From Vulcanimicrobiota bacterium (GTDB lineage: Bacteria > Vulcanimicrobiota > Vulcanimicrobiia > Vulcanimicrobiales > Vulcanimicrobiaceae): DNA of 64,000 bases. Position numbers and translations under genes: made by a program. Position 1 is the first letter of the stretch; every line of letters begins with the position of its first letter. The notes beneath the pieces were generated by a model. That model saw only the letters and a list, made by a program, of their open reading frames with translations, searched no databases and was not told the DNA's origin. Of this stretch, positions 41,902-53,075 are shown in pieces. The stretch lies in NCBI GenBank assembly GCA_963786105.1, contig CAWAXX010000018.1:1-64000 (forward strand). The letters are read 5' to 3'.

Positions 41902-43259
41902 GCCGGCTTTTTGGAACCGACGGCGTACGCGGAGTTGCAAACGCCGAGCTCACCCCCGAGCTGACGTTTCGCATCGGTCGCGCGGGAGCGGCCGTGCTGG
42001 CGCATTCCAGCGATCGTCATCGTCCGGTCGTCGTCGGTCGCGATACGCGGCTTTCGGGTACGATGCTCGAGGCGGCGATCGTCGCCGGCATTACGTCGGT
42101 GGGACGCGACGCCGTTTCGCTCGGCGTCGTGCCGACGCCGGCCGTTGCCTGCGTCACGCGGCGCGAGGGAGCGGCCGCCGGCGTCATGATCAGCGCGTCG
42201 CACAATCCCATAGCCGACAATGGCGTGAAATTCTTCGGGGCCGACGGGTACAAGCTTTCCGACGAAATCGAACGCGAGATCGAGTCGCTGATCGACTCGT
42301 CGGACCTCCCGCGGCCTACCGGAACCGGCGTCGGCGTCGCGCGGGTGTCGCAAAATCTGGCGCGTCACTACTATCGCGAGCTGTACGAAAGCCACGCCGA
42401 CCTGCACGGGTGGCACGCGGTCGTCGACGCCGCGTACGGCGCAGCGTTCGCAATCGCTCCCTACGCGCTGCGAAAGCTCGGAGCCACCGTTACCGAACTG
42501 CACTGCGAGAACGACGGCGCGCGCATCAACGTCGGCTGCGGCGCCACCGATCTGCGAACGCTGCAGGCGGCGGTTCGCGAAAAGATCGACGCCGGCGAGC
42601 GGCGCGTCGTCGGGGTGGCGTTCGACGGCGACGCCGATCGCGCGCTATTCGTCGACGAAACCGGGAGCATCGTTAGCGGCGACCACGTCATGTTCGCCAT
42701 CGCAAGCGACATGCACGCACGCGGCGAGCTTAAGCACGACGCCGTCGTCGGTACCGTGATGAGCAACATCGGATTCGAACGCGCGCTGGGCGCTTCGGGC
42801 ATCGCTTTGGTGCGTGCGCCGGTCGGCGACCGGTACGTGTTGGAGCGTATGCGCGAAGGTGGCTATTCCCTCGGCGGAGAGCAGTCGGGTCACATCATCG
42901 ACTTGCGCAGGAACACCACCGGAGACGGACCGATGACCGCTATAACGCTTCTCGGAATCCTGGCTGCGAGGCAGACGACGCTTCACGACCTCGTCGCCGC
43001 GGTCGTACCAGCGCCGCAAGTTCTCGTTAACGTCAAGACCGCGCGCACCGACGTACTCGAGGTCGCCGGCGTGCGCGACGCGATCGCTGCGGCTCAGGCC
43101 GCGCTCGAAGGCACTGGGCGCCTTTTCATCCGGGCGTCCGGCACCGAGCCGCTGATCCGAGTCATGGCCGAGGGCGACGACCGCCAGCTTGTCGAGCAGG
43201 CCGCTGCTCGGGTCGCTGCCGCGATAGAGCAGGAGATCGGGGGCTCAGCCCAAACCTAG
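41898..43259 (+). CDS. glmM: Phosphoglucosamine mutase
   Basis: LFGTDGVRG, ISASHNP, FDGDADR, GGEQSGH, RASGTEP. Confidence 0.96.
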   Translation: MSRLFGTDGVRGVANAELTPELTFRIGRAGAAVLAHSSDRHRPVVVGRDTRLSGTMLEAAIVAGITSVGRDAVSLGVVPTPAVACVTRREGAAAGVMISASHNPIADNGVKFFGADGYKLSDEIEREIESLIDSSDLPRPTGTGVGVARVSQNLARHYYRELYESHADLHGWHAVVDAAYGAAFAIAPYALRKLGATVTELHCENDGARINVGCGATDLRTLQAAVREKIDAGERRVVGVAFDGDADRALFVDETGSIVSGDHVMFAIASDMHARGELKHDAVVGTVMSNIGFERALGASGIALVRAPVGDRYVLERMREGGYSLGGEQSGHIIDLRRNTTGDGPMTAITLLGILAARQTTLHDLVAAVVPAPQVLVNVKTARTDVLEVAGVRDAIAAAQAALEGTGRLFIRASGTEPLIRVMAEGDDRQLVEQAAARVAAAIEQEIGGSAQT

Positions 43260-43304
43260 CCGCGTGGTCCAAATCCTCAGGATTTGCGGTTACAGTACGC
43301 CTGC

Positions 43305-43445
43305 ACAAGATCACTGAGTCAGATCCCACGAAGGATCTGAGCGGGGGATTCCCTGGTATGGGGTGAGTGAGCCGGTCCGGCTCTAGGGCGACTCTTTTCC
43401 GTCCGAACCCGTCAACTAACCTCGCAAGTGTCGTGAAAGAGGAGC
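43305..43445 (+). ncRNA. c-di-AMP (ydaO-yuaA) riboswitch
   Basis: Ordered conserved blocks CTGA...GCGGGGGA...GGGGTGA...AGGGCGACTCT...CCGAACCCGTCAACTAACCTCG; upstream of an NlpC/P60 gene. Confidence 0.85.
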
Positions 43446-43454
43446 TATTTTTTC

Positions 43455-44075
43455 TTGCGTCACGCGTTAGCTGCTTGGGCATTTGCCCTTTCGATCGCGA
43501 TTTCGAGCGCGGTCGCGCTCGCCGACTCAAAGCCCAACGCCGATTCCCCCGAAGTCATCTACTCGCAATCCGCGCTCTCGCGCGGAGTCGACGCCCAGGC
43601 CGTCAGCCCGGACGTCGCCGAGTGGACCTCGCACCTCGTCATGAGCCAGCCCGCCCACCATCAGGGCGGCATCGGCCGGTTCGCCGGCGGGATCCTCGCG
43701 CGCACCTCAAAACTCGCGCAAACGCTGGCTCGGAGCGCTTTGCGTTTCCTCGGCACGCCTTACGTCTTCGGGGGAACGAGTACGTCGGGATTCGACTGCT
43801 CGGGTTTCGTTCAGCACGTTTTCGGAATGCTCGGCGTCGGGCTCCCGCGCACGGCGGACGCGCAGTACGACGCCGGGAAGCCGGCGATCGGTGGTCCGCG
43901 CACCGGCGACCTCGTCTTTTTCGATACGTACGGCGGCGTTTCGCACGTGGGGATCTATCTCGGGAACGGTGAGTTCGTTCACGCCAGTTCGAGCCACGGC
44001 GTCATGGTCAGCAAGCTATCGGAATCGTACTGGGCGTCGCGGTACGTCGGCGCGAAGCGCATCGCCACGCACTAA
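43455..44075 (+). CDS. NlpC/P60 (C40) cell-wall peptidase, secreted
   Basis: GTPYVFGG...FDCSGF, LPRTA, GDLVFF, SHVGIYLG, HASS. Confidence 0.93.
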   Translation: MRHALAAWAFALSIAISSAVALADSKPNADSPEVIYSQSALSRGVDAQAVSPDVAEWTSHLVMSQPAHHQGGIGRFAGGILARTSKLAQTLARSALRFLGTPYVFGGTSTSGFDCSGFVQHVFGMLGVGLPRTADAQYDAGKPAIGGPRTGDLVFFDTYGGVSHVGIYLGNGEFVHASSSHGVMVSKLSESYWASRYVGAKRIATH

Positions 44076-44084
44076 CGGCCGAGC

Positions 44085-44115
44085 TTGACAGGGGCACCGT
44101 CCCTCAAGCGATAAT
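44085..44115 (+). promoter_or_regulatory. Sigma70-like promoter of tRNA-Gln
   Basis: TTGACA-N19-GATAAT (spacer longer than consensus). Confidence 0.5.
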
Positions 44116-44140
44116 CTGCCTTGCCGCGCCCGGACAGTAG

Positions 44141-44212
44141 TGGGGTGTCGCCAAGTGGTAAGGCAACGGACTTTGACTCCGTCATTCGTTGGTTCGAATC
44201 CAGCCACCCCAG
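44141..44212 (+). tRNA. tRNA-Gln(UUG), CCA not encoded
   Basis: TGGGGTG/CACCCCA acceptor stem, anticodon arm ACGGA-CTTTGAC-TCCGT, GGTTCGAATCC T arm. Confidence 0.96.
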
Positions 44213-44414
44213 GAATCGCGGTGAGCACCCCGGTCTCGGGACGCGCGCATTTTCGGCTCCGTCCGAAAATGCTGCTCGCTTCGTCGGCGCTCCCGCCATC
44301 CAGGACTCCGCGCCTCCCTCAGACGCCCTCGCCCGAGGGTGCTCGCCGCTTGCCCCATCTCAGCGCCCATCGGAGTTCCCACGGCAACGCCGCCGAGTCG
44401 CCATGGATTAAACC

Positions 44415-45377
44415 ATGAGCCCGTCCATCGTATCGACGTTGCATGTGACCAACGGCGATTCCGTGCTGCACGTTTTTAAGAAGGCCGGGATTCTCGGTAC
44501 CCACGCGGCATGGCGCGACGCGCTCAACGAAGGACCGGTGCCTGCGGGGCTGACGCTCGAAGAAACAAGCGCGGTGCGTGCGCGTTATCTTGCCGAGCGC
44601 GGGTATGCAAAACCGATCAAAATCATTCACGAGTTTCAATCGCGCGACGAACAAATTCGCCAAGCCGGGAAGTTTGCGGAAGTCGTGCTCTGGTTCGAGC
44701 ACGATTTGTACGATCAACTCCAGCTCTTGCAAGTACTCACGACGTTGCAGGAGATGCAACTCGAGCCCGGACGAGTGACTCTCGTGCAAACCGATCGTTA
44801 CCTCGGAACGATGACGGCCGAAGAACTCTCGCCGCTCCTCCCGCGACGGCGCATCGCCACCGCAGCAACCTTCAAGTCGGCGCGACGAGCGTGGGAGCGG
44901 TTCACGTCGCCGTCGCCGGCCGATCTCTTTGCGGCCGCGCAAGAAGATGCCATCGGCCTGCCGTTTCTGCGCGCGGCGCTGCAACGGCTCTGCGAAGAGT
45001 ATCCACTCCGGCAGGACGGGCTGTCGCGCTCGCAGCGCCAGGCCCTGGCGGCGATCGCGCAAGGCCCCGCAGAGAACGCCGAACTCTACGCTCGCGCGCA
45101 AGCACGCGAAGAAGCCAACTTTCAAGGCGACACGGCTTTCTACCGCATGCTCGACGATCTGCGCGACGAGCGCGCACCGTTGGTGACGGGAGAAGAAGGT
45201 CACTTCGAACTCACCAGCCTTGGACGGGTCGTGCTGGCCGGCGACGCAGATTGGCTCGAAACGTATCCCATCGACCGCTGGGTCGGCGGGGTGCATCTGT
45301 CGGGGACGCAAACGGTACGCTGGGACGAAGACGCAAGACGGTTCGTCGAAAACGCGAGCGAAGGCGCGGGCTCGTAA
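44415..45377 (+). CDS. DUF1835-like protein
   Basis: LHVTNGDS, WRDALNEGPV, VVLWFEHDLYDQLQL, IDRWVGGV. Confidence 0.8.
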   Translation: MSPSIVSTLHVTNGDSVLHVFKKAGILGTHAAWRDALNEGPVPAGLTLEETSAVRARYLAERGYAKPIKIIHEFQSRDEQIRQAGKFAEVVLWFEHDLYDQLQLLQVLTTLQEMQLEPGRVTLVQTDRYLGTMTAEELSPLLPRRRIATAATFKSARRAWERFTSPSPADLFAAAQEDAIGLPFLRAALQRLCEEYPLRQDGLSRSQRQALAAIAQGPAENAELYARAQAREEANFQGDTAFYRMLDDLRDERAPLVTGEEGHFELTSLGRVVLAGDADWLETYPIDRWVGGVHLSGTQTVRWDEDARRFVENASEGAGS

Positions 45378-45397
45378 GAAGGAGAACCCGGTTAAGA

Positions 45398-45769
45398 GTG
45401 CCGCACGACGAACTGAGCATCGACCTCAAATCTGAAAACCGCGGAGGGGCATTGCTCTTCAAACTGCGCGGCAGCCTCGACCTCGCGACCTCACCCACCG
45501 TGCGGGCCGCCTTGAGCGACGCGCAACAGACGAAGAAAGACGTCGTCGTCGATCTTACCCACCTGGAGTTTCTGGATTCCACCGGTTTGGGGGCCCTCAT
45601 CGGCGCACACCGTCGCGCCACCGAAGGTGGCGGTTCGCTGCGGCTAATCGTGAACCATGGACCGATACTGCGCCTATTGACGATTACGGGATTGATTCGC
45701 GTCCTGTCGGTGTACCACAGCGTCGACGACGCGCTCAACGATCAGGCGCGCGTTTCCGCCGCTTTATAA
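45398..45769 (+). CDS. STAS-domain anti-sigma factor antagonist (RsbV/SpoIIAA-like)
   Basis: GSLDLAT, DLTHLEFLDSTGLG (phospho-Ser motif), ITGL; GAAGGAG upstream. Confidence 0.9.
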   Translation: MPHDELSIDLKSENRGGALLFKLRGSLDLATSPTVRAALSDAQQTKKDVVVDLTHLEFLDSTGLGALIGAHRRATEGGGSLRLIVNHGPILRLLTITGLIRVLSVYHSVDDALNDQARVSAAL

Positions 45770-47049
45770 GCCAGATACGCCTCGTCGAGAAGCTCGACGA
45801 CGTGTTTCACTTGCGCTTGGTAACCCACCGCGCGCAGTCCCGCAGCGACTTGCAATGCACATCCCGGATTCGCCGTCGCGACGACGGTCGCGCCGGTTGC
45901 GCGAATGTGTGCGACCTTTCGCCCGCGCAAGCGACCTGACATCTCAGGCTCGGTAAGATTGTAGATTCCGGCGCTGCCGCAACATACCGAACTCTCGCCC
46001 ATTTCTACTAGCTGCAAGCCCGGAATTTTCTCAAGAAGGCGGCGAGGAGCGCCGCTAACTCGTTGAGCGTGCACGAGGTGACACGGCTCCTGATAGGTCA
46101 CAGCCGCGTCGATTCGCCCCAGACGCGGATCGAGTTCCATCGCGTCGAGCACTTCGGTGACGTCGCGCACGCGGTCGGAAAAGCGTTCCGCCCGAGCTCG
46201 CCAGACTGGATCGTCGGCAAAGTAGCGCGGGTACTCCTTGAGTGCCGAGCCGCAGCCGGCCGCGTTGGCGACGTAGACGTCGGCCCCGCTGTTTTCGAAC
46301 GCTTCGACGTTCCGTTTGGCGAGTTCGCGCCCAAACTCGAGCTCGCCGGCATGAACCGCTATCGCGCCGCAACACCCTTGATCGGCGGGAACCACCACCG
46401 AAAGGCCGGCGCGTTTCAACATGCGCACGGTCGCTTCGTGAACGTTGGGGAACGCGACCTGCATCACGCAGCCGACGTGCAAGAACGCGACGCCCTGCGG
46501 ATCGAACGCGTCGTAGCGCTGTCCCCGCGCCCGGAAAAAACGCCCTGGAATTTTCGGCGCGAGTTTCGCCGCATCGCCCAGGCCGAACGCGCCGGCCAGC
46601 GACGCCAAGCCGGAGCGCTGCGCCAAGCGAAGGAGTGACGCGGCAGCGCGCATGAAGTCGAGGCGTGCAAAAAGCGTTTTTAGAAGAACGCTCCGCAGCC
46701 GCCGCGCGCGGGGAGATTCGGCCGGCTCTTGCGCGCGGCGAATCTGCGTGCGTGCGGTTTCCACCAGTTGCCCGTAGGCGACCCCCGACGGGCATACGGC
46801 TTCGCAGGCGCGACAATCTAAACACTCCGACATCTGCTCGACGAATCCGTCGCTCAGCAAGTCGAGGCGCCCTTCGGCCACCGCTTTCACCAGGCTGATC
46901 CGGCCGCGTGGTCCCGAGGTTTCCGTCATCGTCTCGAGATAGGTCGGGCAGGTGGGCAAGCAGAGTCCGCAGCGGATGCATTGATTGAAGATCTCCGCCG
47001 ACGGTCGATCGCGATCGCTAAAGCCTAGTGGCGCGTGCAAGCTTGTCAC
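45742..47049 (-). CDS. GlcF-like Fe-S/CCG oxidoreductase subunit
   Basis: CIRCGLCLPTCP, CLDCRACEAVCP, two CCG domains, ANPGC. Confidence 0.85.
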   Translation of the reverse strand: MTSLHAPLGFSDRDRPSAEIFNQCIRCGLCLPTCPTYLETMTETSGPRGRISLVKAVAEGRLDLLSDGFVEQMSECLDCRACEAVCPSGVAYGQLVETARTQIRRAQEPAESPRARRLRSVLLKTLFARLDFMRAAASLLRLAQRSGLASLAGAFGLGDAAKLAPKIPGRFFRARGQRYDAFDPQGVAFLHVGCVMQVAFPNVHEATVRMLKRAGLSVVVPADQGCCGAIAVHAGELEFGRELAKRNVEAFENSGADVYVANAAGCGSALKEYPRYFADDPVWRARAERFSDRVRDVTEVLDAMELDPRLGRIDAAVTYQEPCHLVHAQRVSGAPRRLLEKIPGLQLVEMGESSVCCGSAGIYNLTEPEMSGRLRGRKVAHIRATGATVVATANPGCALQVAAGLRAVGYQAQVKHVVELLDEAYLAYKAAETRA

Positions 47050-47216
47050 GTTCGCCTTTTTGCGACCGAAGTTCTCTTGCTCGCGCTGAGGCGAAGCTAC
47101 AAAAGTCGCCCATCCTCGAGCGCGGTCGAGAAGGTGCCCGGGAGCCGCCGCATCTATTTCAGGCAAGCTCTCGTTGAGAGCTGTGAAAACGTTCGTCGAA
47201 AATCCTCGGAGGAAGC

Positions 47217-48209
47217 GTGAAAAAGCGAATCAAGGTTGCGATAACGGGCGCGGCGGGGCAGATCGGATACGCACTGCTCTTTCGAGTCGCTTCCGGCCAA
47301 ATGTTTGGACCCGAAACGGAACTCGAGCTCCAGTTGCTCGAGCTCGAGCAAGCGCTTCCGGCGCTGCAAGGCATCATCATGGAACTGGACGATTGCGCTT
47401 TCCCGCTGCTCAAAAGCGTTCGCTACACGTCGGACGTGAATGAAGCGATGAACGACGTCAACTGGGCGATCCTGGTGGGCGCGATCCCGCGCAAAGCCGG
47501 TATGGAACGCTCCGATCTGTTACGCTTGAACGGACAGATTTTCATTGGACAGGGTCGCGCGATCAACGATCGCGCCGCCGAAGACGTGCGCGTATTCGTG
47601 GTGGGCAACCCGTGCAACACCAACTGCTTGATCGCCATGAGCAACGCGCCGCGAGTCCCGCGAGATCGCTTCTTCGCGATGACGACGCTCGACGAGCTGC
47701 GCGCGCGACAGCACCTGGCGAAAAAAGCGGGGGTCGACGTTTCCGAGGTCTCCCAGATGGTCGTCTGGGGGAATCACTCGACGACGCAGCACCCGGATTT
47801 CGCGCACGCGAAGATTGGCGGCCGGCCGGCCCTGGAGGTCATCGGCGACCGCGACTGGCTCGAGGGCGACTTCGTCACGACGGTGCAGAATCGCGGCGCC
47901 GAAGTCATCAAGGCACGCGGGGCGTCTTCCGCCGCTTCGGCCGCTAACGCCGCGATCACGGGAGTGCATAACCTGACTCACGACACGCCCGCGGGTGAAT
48001 ACTACTCGGTCGGGCGATATTCGAACGGCGAGTACGGCATCGACCCCGGCCTGATCTTCTCGTTCCCGTCCCGCACCGAGGGCGGCGTTTCGCGGATCGT
48101 CGAGGGCATCGCCCACGACGAATTCGGTTCGAGAAAGCTTCGCGAGACGCTCGAGGAGCTGCGAAAGGAGCGCGACGCGGTCAAAGAGCTCGGTCTGGTG
48201 CCGGTCTGA
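47217..48209 (+). CDS. mdh: Malate dehydrogenase (dimeric, cytosolic-like type)
   Basis: [46 protein letters not shown]. Confidence 0.96.
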   Translation: MKKRIKVAITGAAGQIGYALLFRVASGQMFGPETELELQLLELEQALPALQGIIMELDDCAFPLLKSVRYTSDVNEAMNDVNWAILVGAIPRKAGMERSDLLRLNGQIFIGQGRAINDRAAEDVRVFVVGNPCNTNCLIAMSNAPRVPRDRFFAMTTLDELRARQHLAKKAGVDVSEVSQMVVWGNHSTTQHPDFAHAKIGGRPALEVIGDRDWLEGDFVTTVQNRGAEVIKARGASSAASAANAAITGVHNLTHDTPAGEYYSVGRYSNGEYGIDPGLIFSFPSRTEGGVSRIVEGIAHDEFGSRKLRETLEELRKERDAVKELGLVPV

Positions 48210-48246
48210 CGGACTCGCGACGACGTCGGGCGAAAGCCCACAACCT

Positions 48247-48711
48247 ATGAGCAGTCCTCACGGGGACGAACCCGAACTCGACCTGATCCACGTGAACGTG
48301 GCGTCGCCGGCCGGTGCCTACACGGTCGGCAACTCGGCGTTCTTCCGGTATATCGTGCGACTGGTCGAGCTGGGTCTGCCGCTCGAGTATCAAGATCAAG
48401 AAGCCGTCGAGATTCTCGGCGCGATCCCGCACGCATTCGAGCAGGAGCAGGAGCTGCCGCGAAGTTCCGGACGCGGTTGGCGGATCGTGCCGGCGCAGGG
48501 TGAGCTCGACTGGCCGGTTCTCGAAGCAACCCCGGAGCGTCTGCACAGCGCCTTCGAGCGAGCGCGCGGGATTCTATGGACGCACGCCGCACAATTCCGC
48601 GTCAGCGCTCGCGAAATCACCGCGATCGAAGAAGAGCTCGATGCCGTCTACGGCGTCCTTATGCGCGCCGAGGCCGCCGGCGTCGCGGTCAACATTTCCT
48701 ACGTCGCCTAG
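48247..48711 (+). CDS. Hypothetical protein
   Basis: 154-aa ORF with protein-like composition filling the gap; no family recognised. Confidence 0.65.
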   Translation: MSSPHGDEPELDLIHVNVASPAGAYTVGNSAFFRYIVRLVELGLPLEYQDQEAVEILGAIPHAFEQEQELPRSSGRGWRIVPAQGELDWPVLEATPERLHSAFERARGILWTHAAQFRVSAREITAIEEELDAVYGVLMRAEAAGVAVNISYVA

Positions 48712-48724
48712 CTTCGTCTGCGCG

Positions 48725-49573
48725 TTGCCGCTGCGCGGCGCGGGCGGCGAGCCCGTTTCGTTCGAGCGGACGATTTCGTCGCACGGATGTGCCCATCTGC
48801 CACCGGCAACGTTTCAGGAGTCGCCGCTGCAGTACCGGCGGTCCTTTCGTTTGGGCGACCGCGTGGTCGAGGTTAGGATGCGCGAAGAACGCGGAGACGT
48901 CGTCGTCGAGAGTTCCACGCGTCTGCCGCTGCGCGACCGCGAGCGCGTCGACGGCCTCGTCGCGCGCATGTTTCGGCTGCACGACGATTTGTCTCCCTTC
49001 TACCGGCGCATAGCGGACGACGAACAGTTGAGCTGGGCTGTCGTCGGCGCGGGGCGCTTACTTTCGAGCCCTACGGTCTTCGAAGACGCGGTGAAGACGA
49101 TTTGCACCACGAACTGCGCCTGGTCGGCGACGATTCGGATGACCACGGCGCTGGTCGAGCGAGGCGGCGGGGCCTTTCCGGAACCGCACGTGCTAGCAGG
49201 AACGCCGGATGCATGGTATCGCGACGTTGCACGCATGGGTTACCGCGGTTCGTACGTCAAGTCGATCGCGCGCGACGTCGCCGCCGGCACGCTGGACCTC
49301 GAATCTCTCTTGCCGGCGCGCGGGCGGAGCGACGACGACGTCGAGGAAACGCTGCTTTCGCTGCCGGGAATCGGTCCCTACGCAGCGGCGCACGTCATGC
49401 AGTTGCTCGGTCGGCATCGCCGTCTCGTCCTCGACTCGTGGACTCGTCCGGCCTATTTACGCCTAGCGAAGAAGAAGCGCGCGGCCGATGTGACGATCCG
49501 GCGAGCGTTCGCGCGCTACGAGGAACACGCCGGTCTGGCGTTTTGGCTATTCCTGACCCGCGATTGGGTCTGA
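48725..49573 (+). CDS. HhH-GPD DNA glycosylase family protein (AlkA/OGG-like)
   Basis: SPTVFEDAVKTICTTN, MGYR, LLSLPGIGPYAA, D in VLDSW; start approximate. Confidence 0.8.
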   Translation: MPLRGAGGEPVSFERTISSHGCAHLPPATFQESPLQYRRSFRLGDRVVEVRMREERGDVVVESSTRLPLRDRERVDGLVARMFRLHDDLSPFYRRIADDEQLSWAVVGAGRLLSSPTVFEDAVKTICTTNCAWSATIRMTTALVERGGGAFPEPHVLAGTPDAWYRDVARMGYRGSYVKSIARDVAAGTLDLESLLPARGRSDDDVEETLLSLPGIGPYAAAHVMQLLGRHRRLVLDSWTRPAYLRLAKKKRAADVTIRRAFARYEEHAGLAFWLFLTRDWV

Positions 49574-49581
49574 CACGACCG

Positions 49582-52500
49582 TCACAGCCGTATCTGCACC
49601 GAGCCGGTAATCTGCAAAGGTTCGCTGACGCCGAGAAAACCCGTGTTGTTTCCGTTAAACCAGAAGTCGTACGGATACTTCATCTGTGGCGGCGGCACCG
49701 GCGAGTTGTGATTCGGGTAGAAGTTCCCGGAAGGATAGAAGAATCCGGTCGGTGGGCCCGAGTAGACGCAGACCCACGGGTTGTCCCATGCGAAGCCGCG
49801 CTGACCACACACGTCTAGGATATTCGTGAAGCTAAGCCGTGCCGTAATTCTGGGAGTCGCCTCGTATGCGAGCGAGATTCCCATCTGTAGTCGCCATGGC
49901 TGCGTGAACGCGCCAAGATTGTCGAACACGCCCGTATAGGAATCCGGAATGAACATTACGCCGGTGCACTGCGCCGGGTCGGGGGTGATTCCGTGCTTGG
50001 AGCTCCAGATTCCGGGCGCTTTCAGACACGAGTTTGGTGTGTATCCCGGCCACGCGGTGGGTGCACCGTACGAGGCGCCCGACGTGAAATTCCAGAATTC
50101 GTGATCGAGAACTTTTGGTGCTTGTAGTTGAGGATCAGGGTCGTGACGTACGGAACGGCATAACCGTTCTCAGCCGAGACCGGTCCCGGAATGACGTCAT
50201 AAGTCGTGTACCAGGCGCGATCGGCAAAGATGTTCTGATATGGCTGATTGTAGTAGGGGTTGCGCACAACGCCCGGCTGAGCACAGTTCTTTGTACCGGC
50301 GCCGCCCGCATCCGCATAGAAGTAACAGGGAGACCCGCCGCCCTTTTTCGTCCACGCATCGTACTGCTTGATATAGGTATTGAGCTGGTCGATGACGTTT
50401 TGCGATGTGCCGGTGAAATTCTCATACCTAATCTGGCTGTGGGTATAGGTGAACGCCAGCTGCCCGCTCAAACCATCGCGGCTGAAATCGCCCTTCTGCA
50501 CTGCGAGCTCGACACCGTCGGTTACCTGGTTCCCGACGTTCAGTCCCGACTCGAGGCCGCCTTGCGGATCGATGAAGAAGTTTTGCAGTTGATCGCGCGT
50601 GCTGCGATAAAACGGACTGATCTTGAAGCTCCAATCCGTGCCTTTCATCCGGTGCTCCCACGAAAGGTCGTAGTTATACGATGTGTCGGGCCGAATGATG
50701 TGCTCGGGCGTATTGAATCCGTATCCGTAAAAGTGGTTACCCAAGTACGACGGCAGGTCTTGCTGAAGCACGTTGTACTGCACCCACGATGCGTTCGGAG
50801 GGCGCGCGTAGATACCGAATGAAGCGCGCAGGACGTCATTTGGATTGAGCGTGTACGTGACGCCTAGCCGGGGTTCGAAGCGCGCTACGGTGTATTGGCC
50901 GCCGCTCGTGTTCTGGAGCGCACCATAGGGAGACTGCGCCAGCGGGACGGTTCCCGTCGGACAGGGTCCGAGACCGTTATTCGTGCGATCGACCGGCTTG
51001 TTATTGTTTTGTCCGATGCCGAAGCAAAACTCGGCATTGTATGCGTTGAACCAGAACTGCCGAGCCGGATCGTTCGGACTCGTGTCGGCGAAGATGTAAC
51101 CAAAGTCTTCCAAACGCAAGCCGAGGTTCACGTTCAGGCGATCGTTCGGCCGCCACTGGTCACCGATCGAGTAACCGGAGACTCCCGTATTCACGCGATT
51201 AAGACTCCCGTGGAACGAAGTATTCGTCGCCAGCCACTTCGGGTCTACGCCCGGCGCGCATGCGGCCAGGTGCGGATTTCCGGCGCAGGAATAGCCGATC
51301 GGAGGCGTCGGATTGGTTGTCGTTCCTTGCGATTGGTCGTAGCAGCCGATCTGGTTACCGCTCGATGGATCGTAGCACTTGCCGTTGGTGCCGACGTAGC
51401 TCGACAGCGGCCAGCTCGTCGGGAAGAACGTGACGTCGTAGCGCTCCATGTTCGAATGCGTATAGGCCGCGCTGGCGGTCAGAAGGTTCTGCGAGTTCAG
51501 CTGATTTTCGTAGCTTAGGTTGAAGCCGTAGACGTGGTCGGGCAGAAAATACGGCAACTCCCAGCCGTAAAAGGGTTGCGCGGTCGAGTTGTAACCGTTG
51601 ATGAACCAGTTCGAGTAGAGCGAGTATCCGTACACGCGAAGGAATTCGCTCGGAGAGAACACGTGCTGGTATTGCAGTTTCGAGACCGAGACTCCGTTGT
51701 CGTTCGGATCGCGAATTGAGTTTGGAAGAGCGCTCTGCCACGCATGCGGTTGACTCTGCGGGAAGAAATACTGGTAGATTTTCGCCGGATCGACCGGTTT
51801 CATCGGTGAGCCGCCGTAACCGTACGTGTCGTCCCATACCGGCGCGCCGTAGACCGCGTTGACAACGTTATGGCCGAAATCGTTGGTCGAGCTGTAATAT
51901 TGGACCACGTTCTCGCTTGTCAGCCAAAAGGCTTGAACGTCATCACGCAGAGCGCTATGCGGATGTGCAATGCCGAAGTGAAGATTGATGATGTCGTCGC
52001 GAAGCGCTTGTGACGTCAGGCCGAATGCTAAACCCGTCGTAAAAAGCACCGGCGACAGAGTACCGGTATAGACCGAACCGTTGGTCACGTTTTGCCCAGT
52101 ACAGCTTGTCGGACCGCACGTAAAGCCCGGGACGGCGCTCACGGGATAGAAGAATGAGTTCGGAATGTTGGAACCGTTGTTGTTATTGATGTAGCGGAAG
52201 TCTTGGTTGCTGCCCCCAATGCCGACGTAATAACTGAACATTCGGTCCGGCGTCGAGCCGCCGGCTTCGATGGAGGCCTGGTGGTAGAAGGCCGGATAGC
52301 CAGCGCTCAGCTGAGCGGTCGCGTAGCCCGGAGAAGTCCCCGTCTTGACTACCTGATTGATGTATCCCGAGATGCCCTGAGCGTCCGAACTCGCCGGGAC
52401 GCCGCCGGTGTAGACCTGGACCTCTTGACTGCCCAGACTCGACAGCATTGTCTCCGGCGCGTTGTCGTACACGCGGTTAACCGGAATGCCGTCGAGCTCA

Positions 52501-53075
52501 TAGCCGACTTGATCGAAGTCGCCGCCTCGAATGTGTACCGTCTGGAACCAGCCTTGCTCGCCCTGGTCGAGGTTCACGCCGGGAACCGATGCAACCGCAC
52601 CGTAGGCGTTATTAAGGCTGCCCGGTCCGGTCAGACCTTGCGCCGCCCGCTGACCGGCAGCATTTACGGAGTAAACGTCGCTGGTTTGTCCGGCTTTAAC
52701 GAGATTTGCAGCGGCCTGCGACGTCACGTGAGCGATCGTCTGAAGCGATTTCACCATCGCGACGTTGAAGGTTTGCACCTGATCGGCAAAGACCGATAGT
52801 CCCGGCTGTGCTTGCGGATCGTATCCCGCTTTGGCGAAGGTAATCGTATATGTGTCGGGCGCGAGCGAGAGGAAGCGATAAGCCCCTCCCGCATCCGTCG
52901 TCGACGTCGCGGTTTGCGAAGGAGCAGTCGCCGTAACCACAACGCCGGCGACCGGAACTTGCGTCTGCGCGTCGACGACCCTGCCGGTGATCCCACCGGT
53001 GGTACCTGCCACGGAGTGCAATGGCAAGAGCGCGGCCATCAAGAGGGCCGCCGGGATCGATCTCATAGCGCGCAT
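49582..53075 (-). pseudogene. TonB-dependent receptor with carboxypeptidase-regulatory-like N-terminus, frameshifted near 50095
   Basis: Signal peptide, GRVVD...G.YRF..LAPDTY, IRGG...YELDGIP plug, aromatic beta strands; the C-terminal ~170 aa continue in another frame. Confidence 0.8.
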
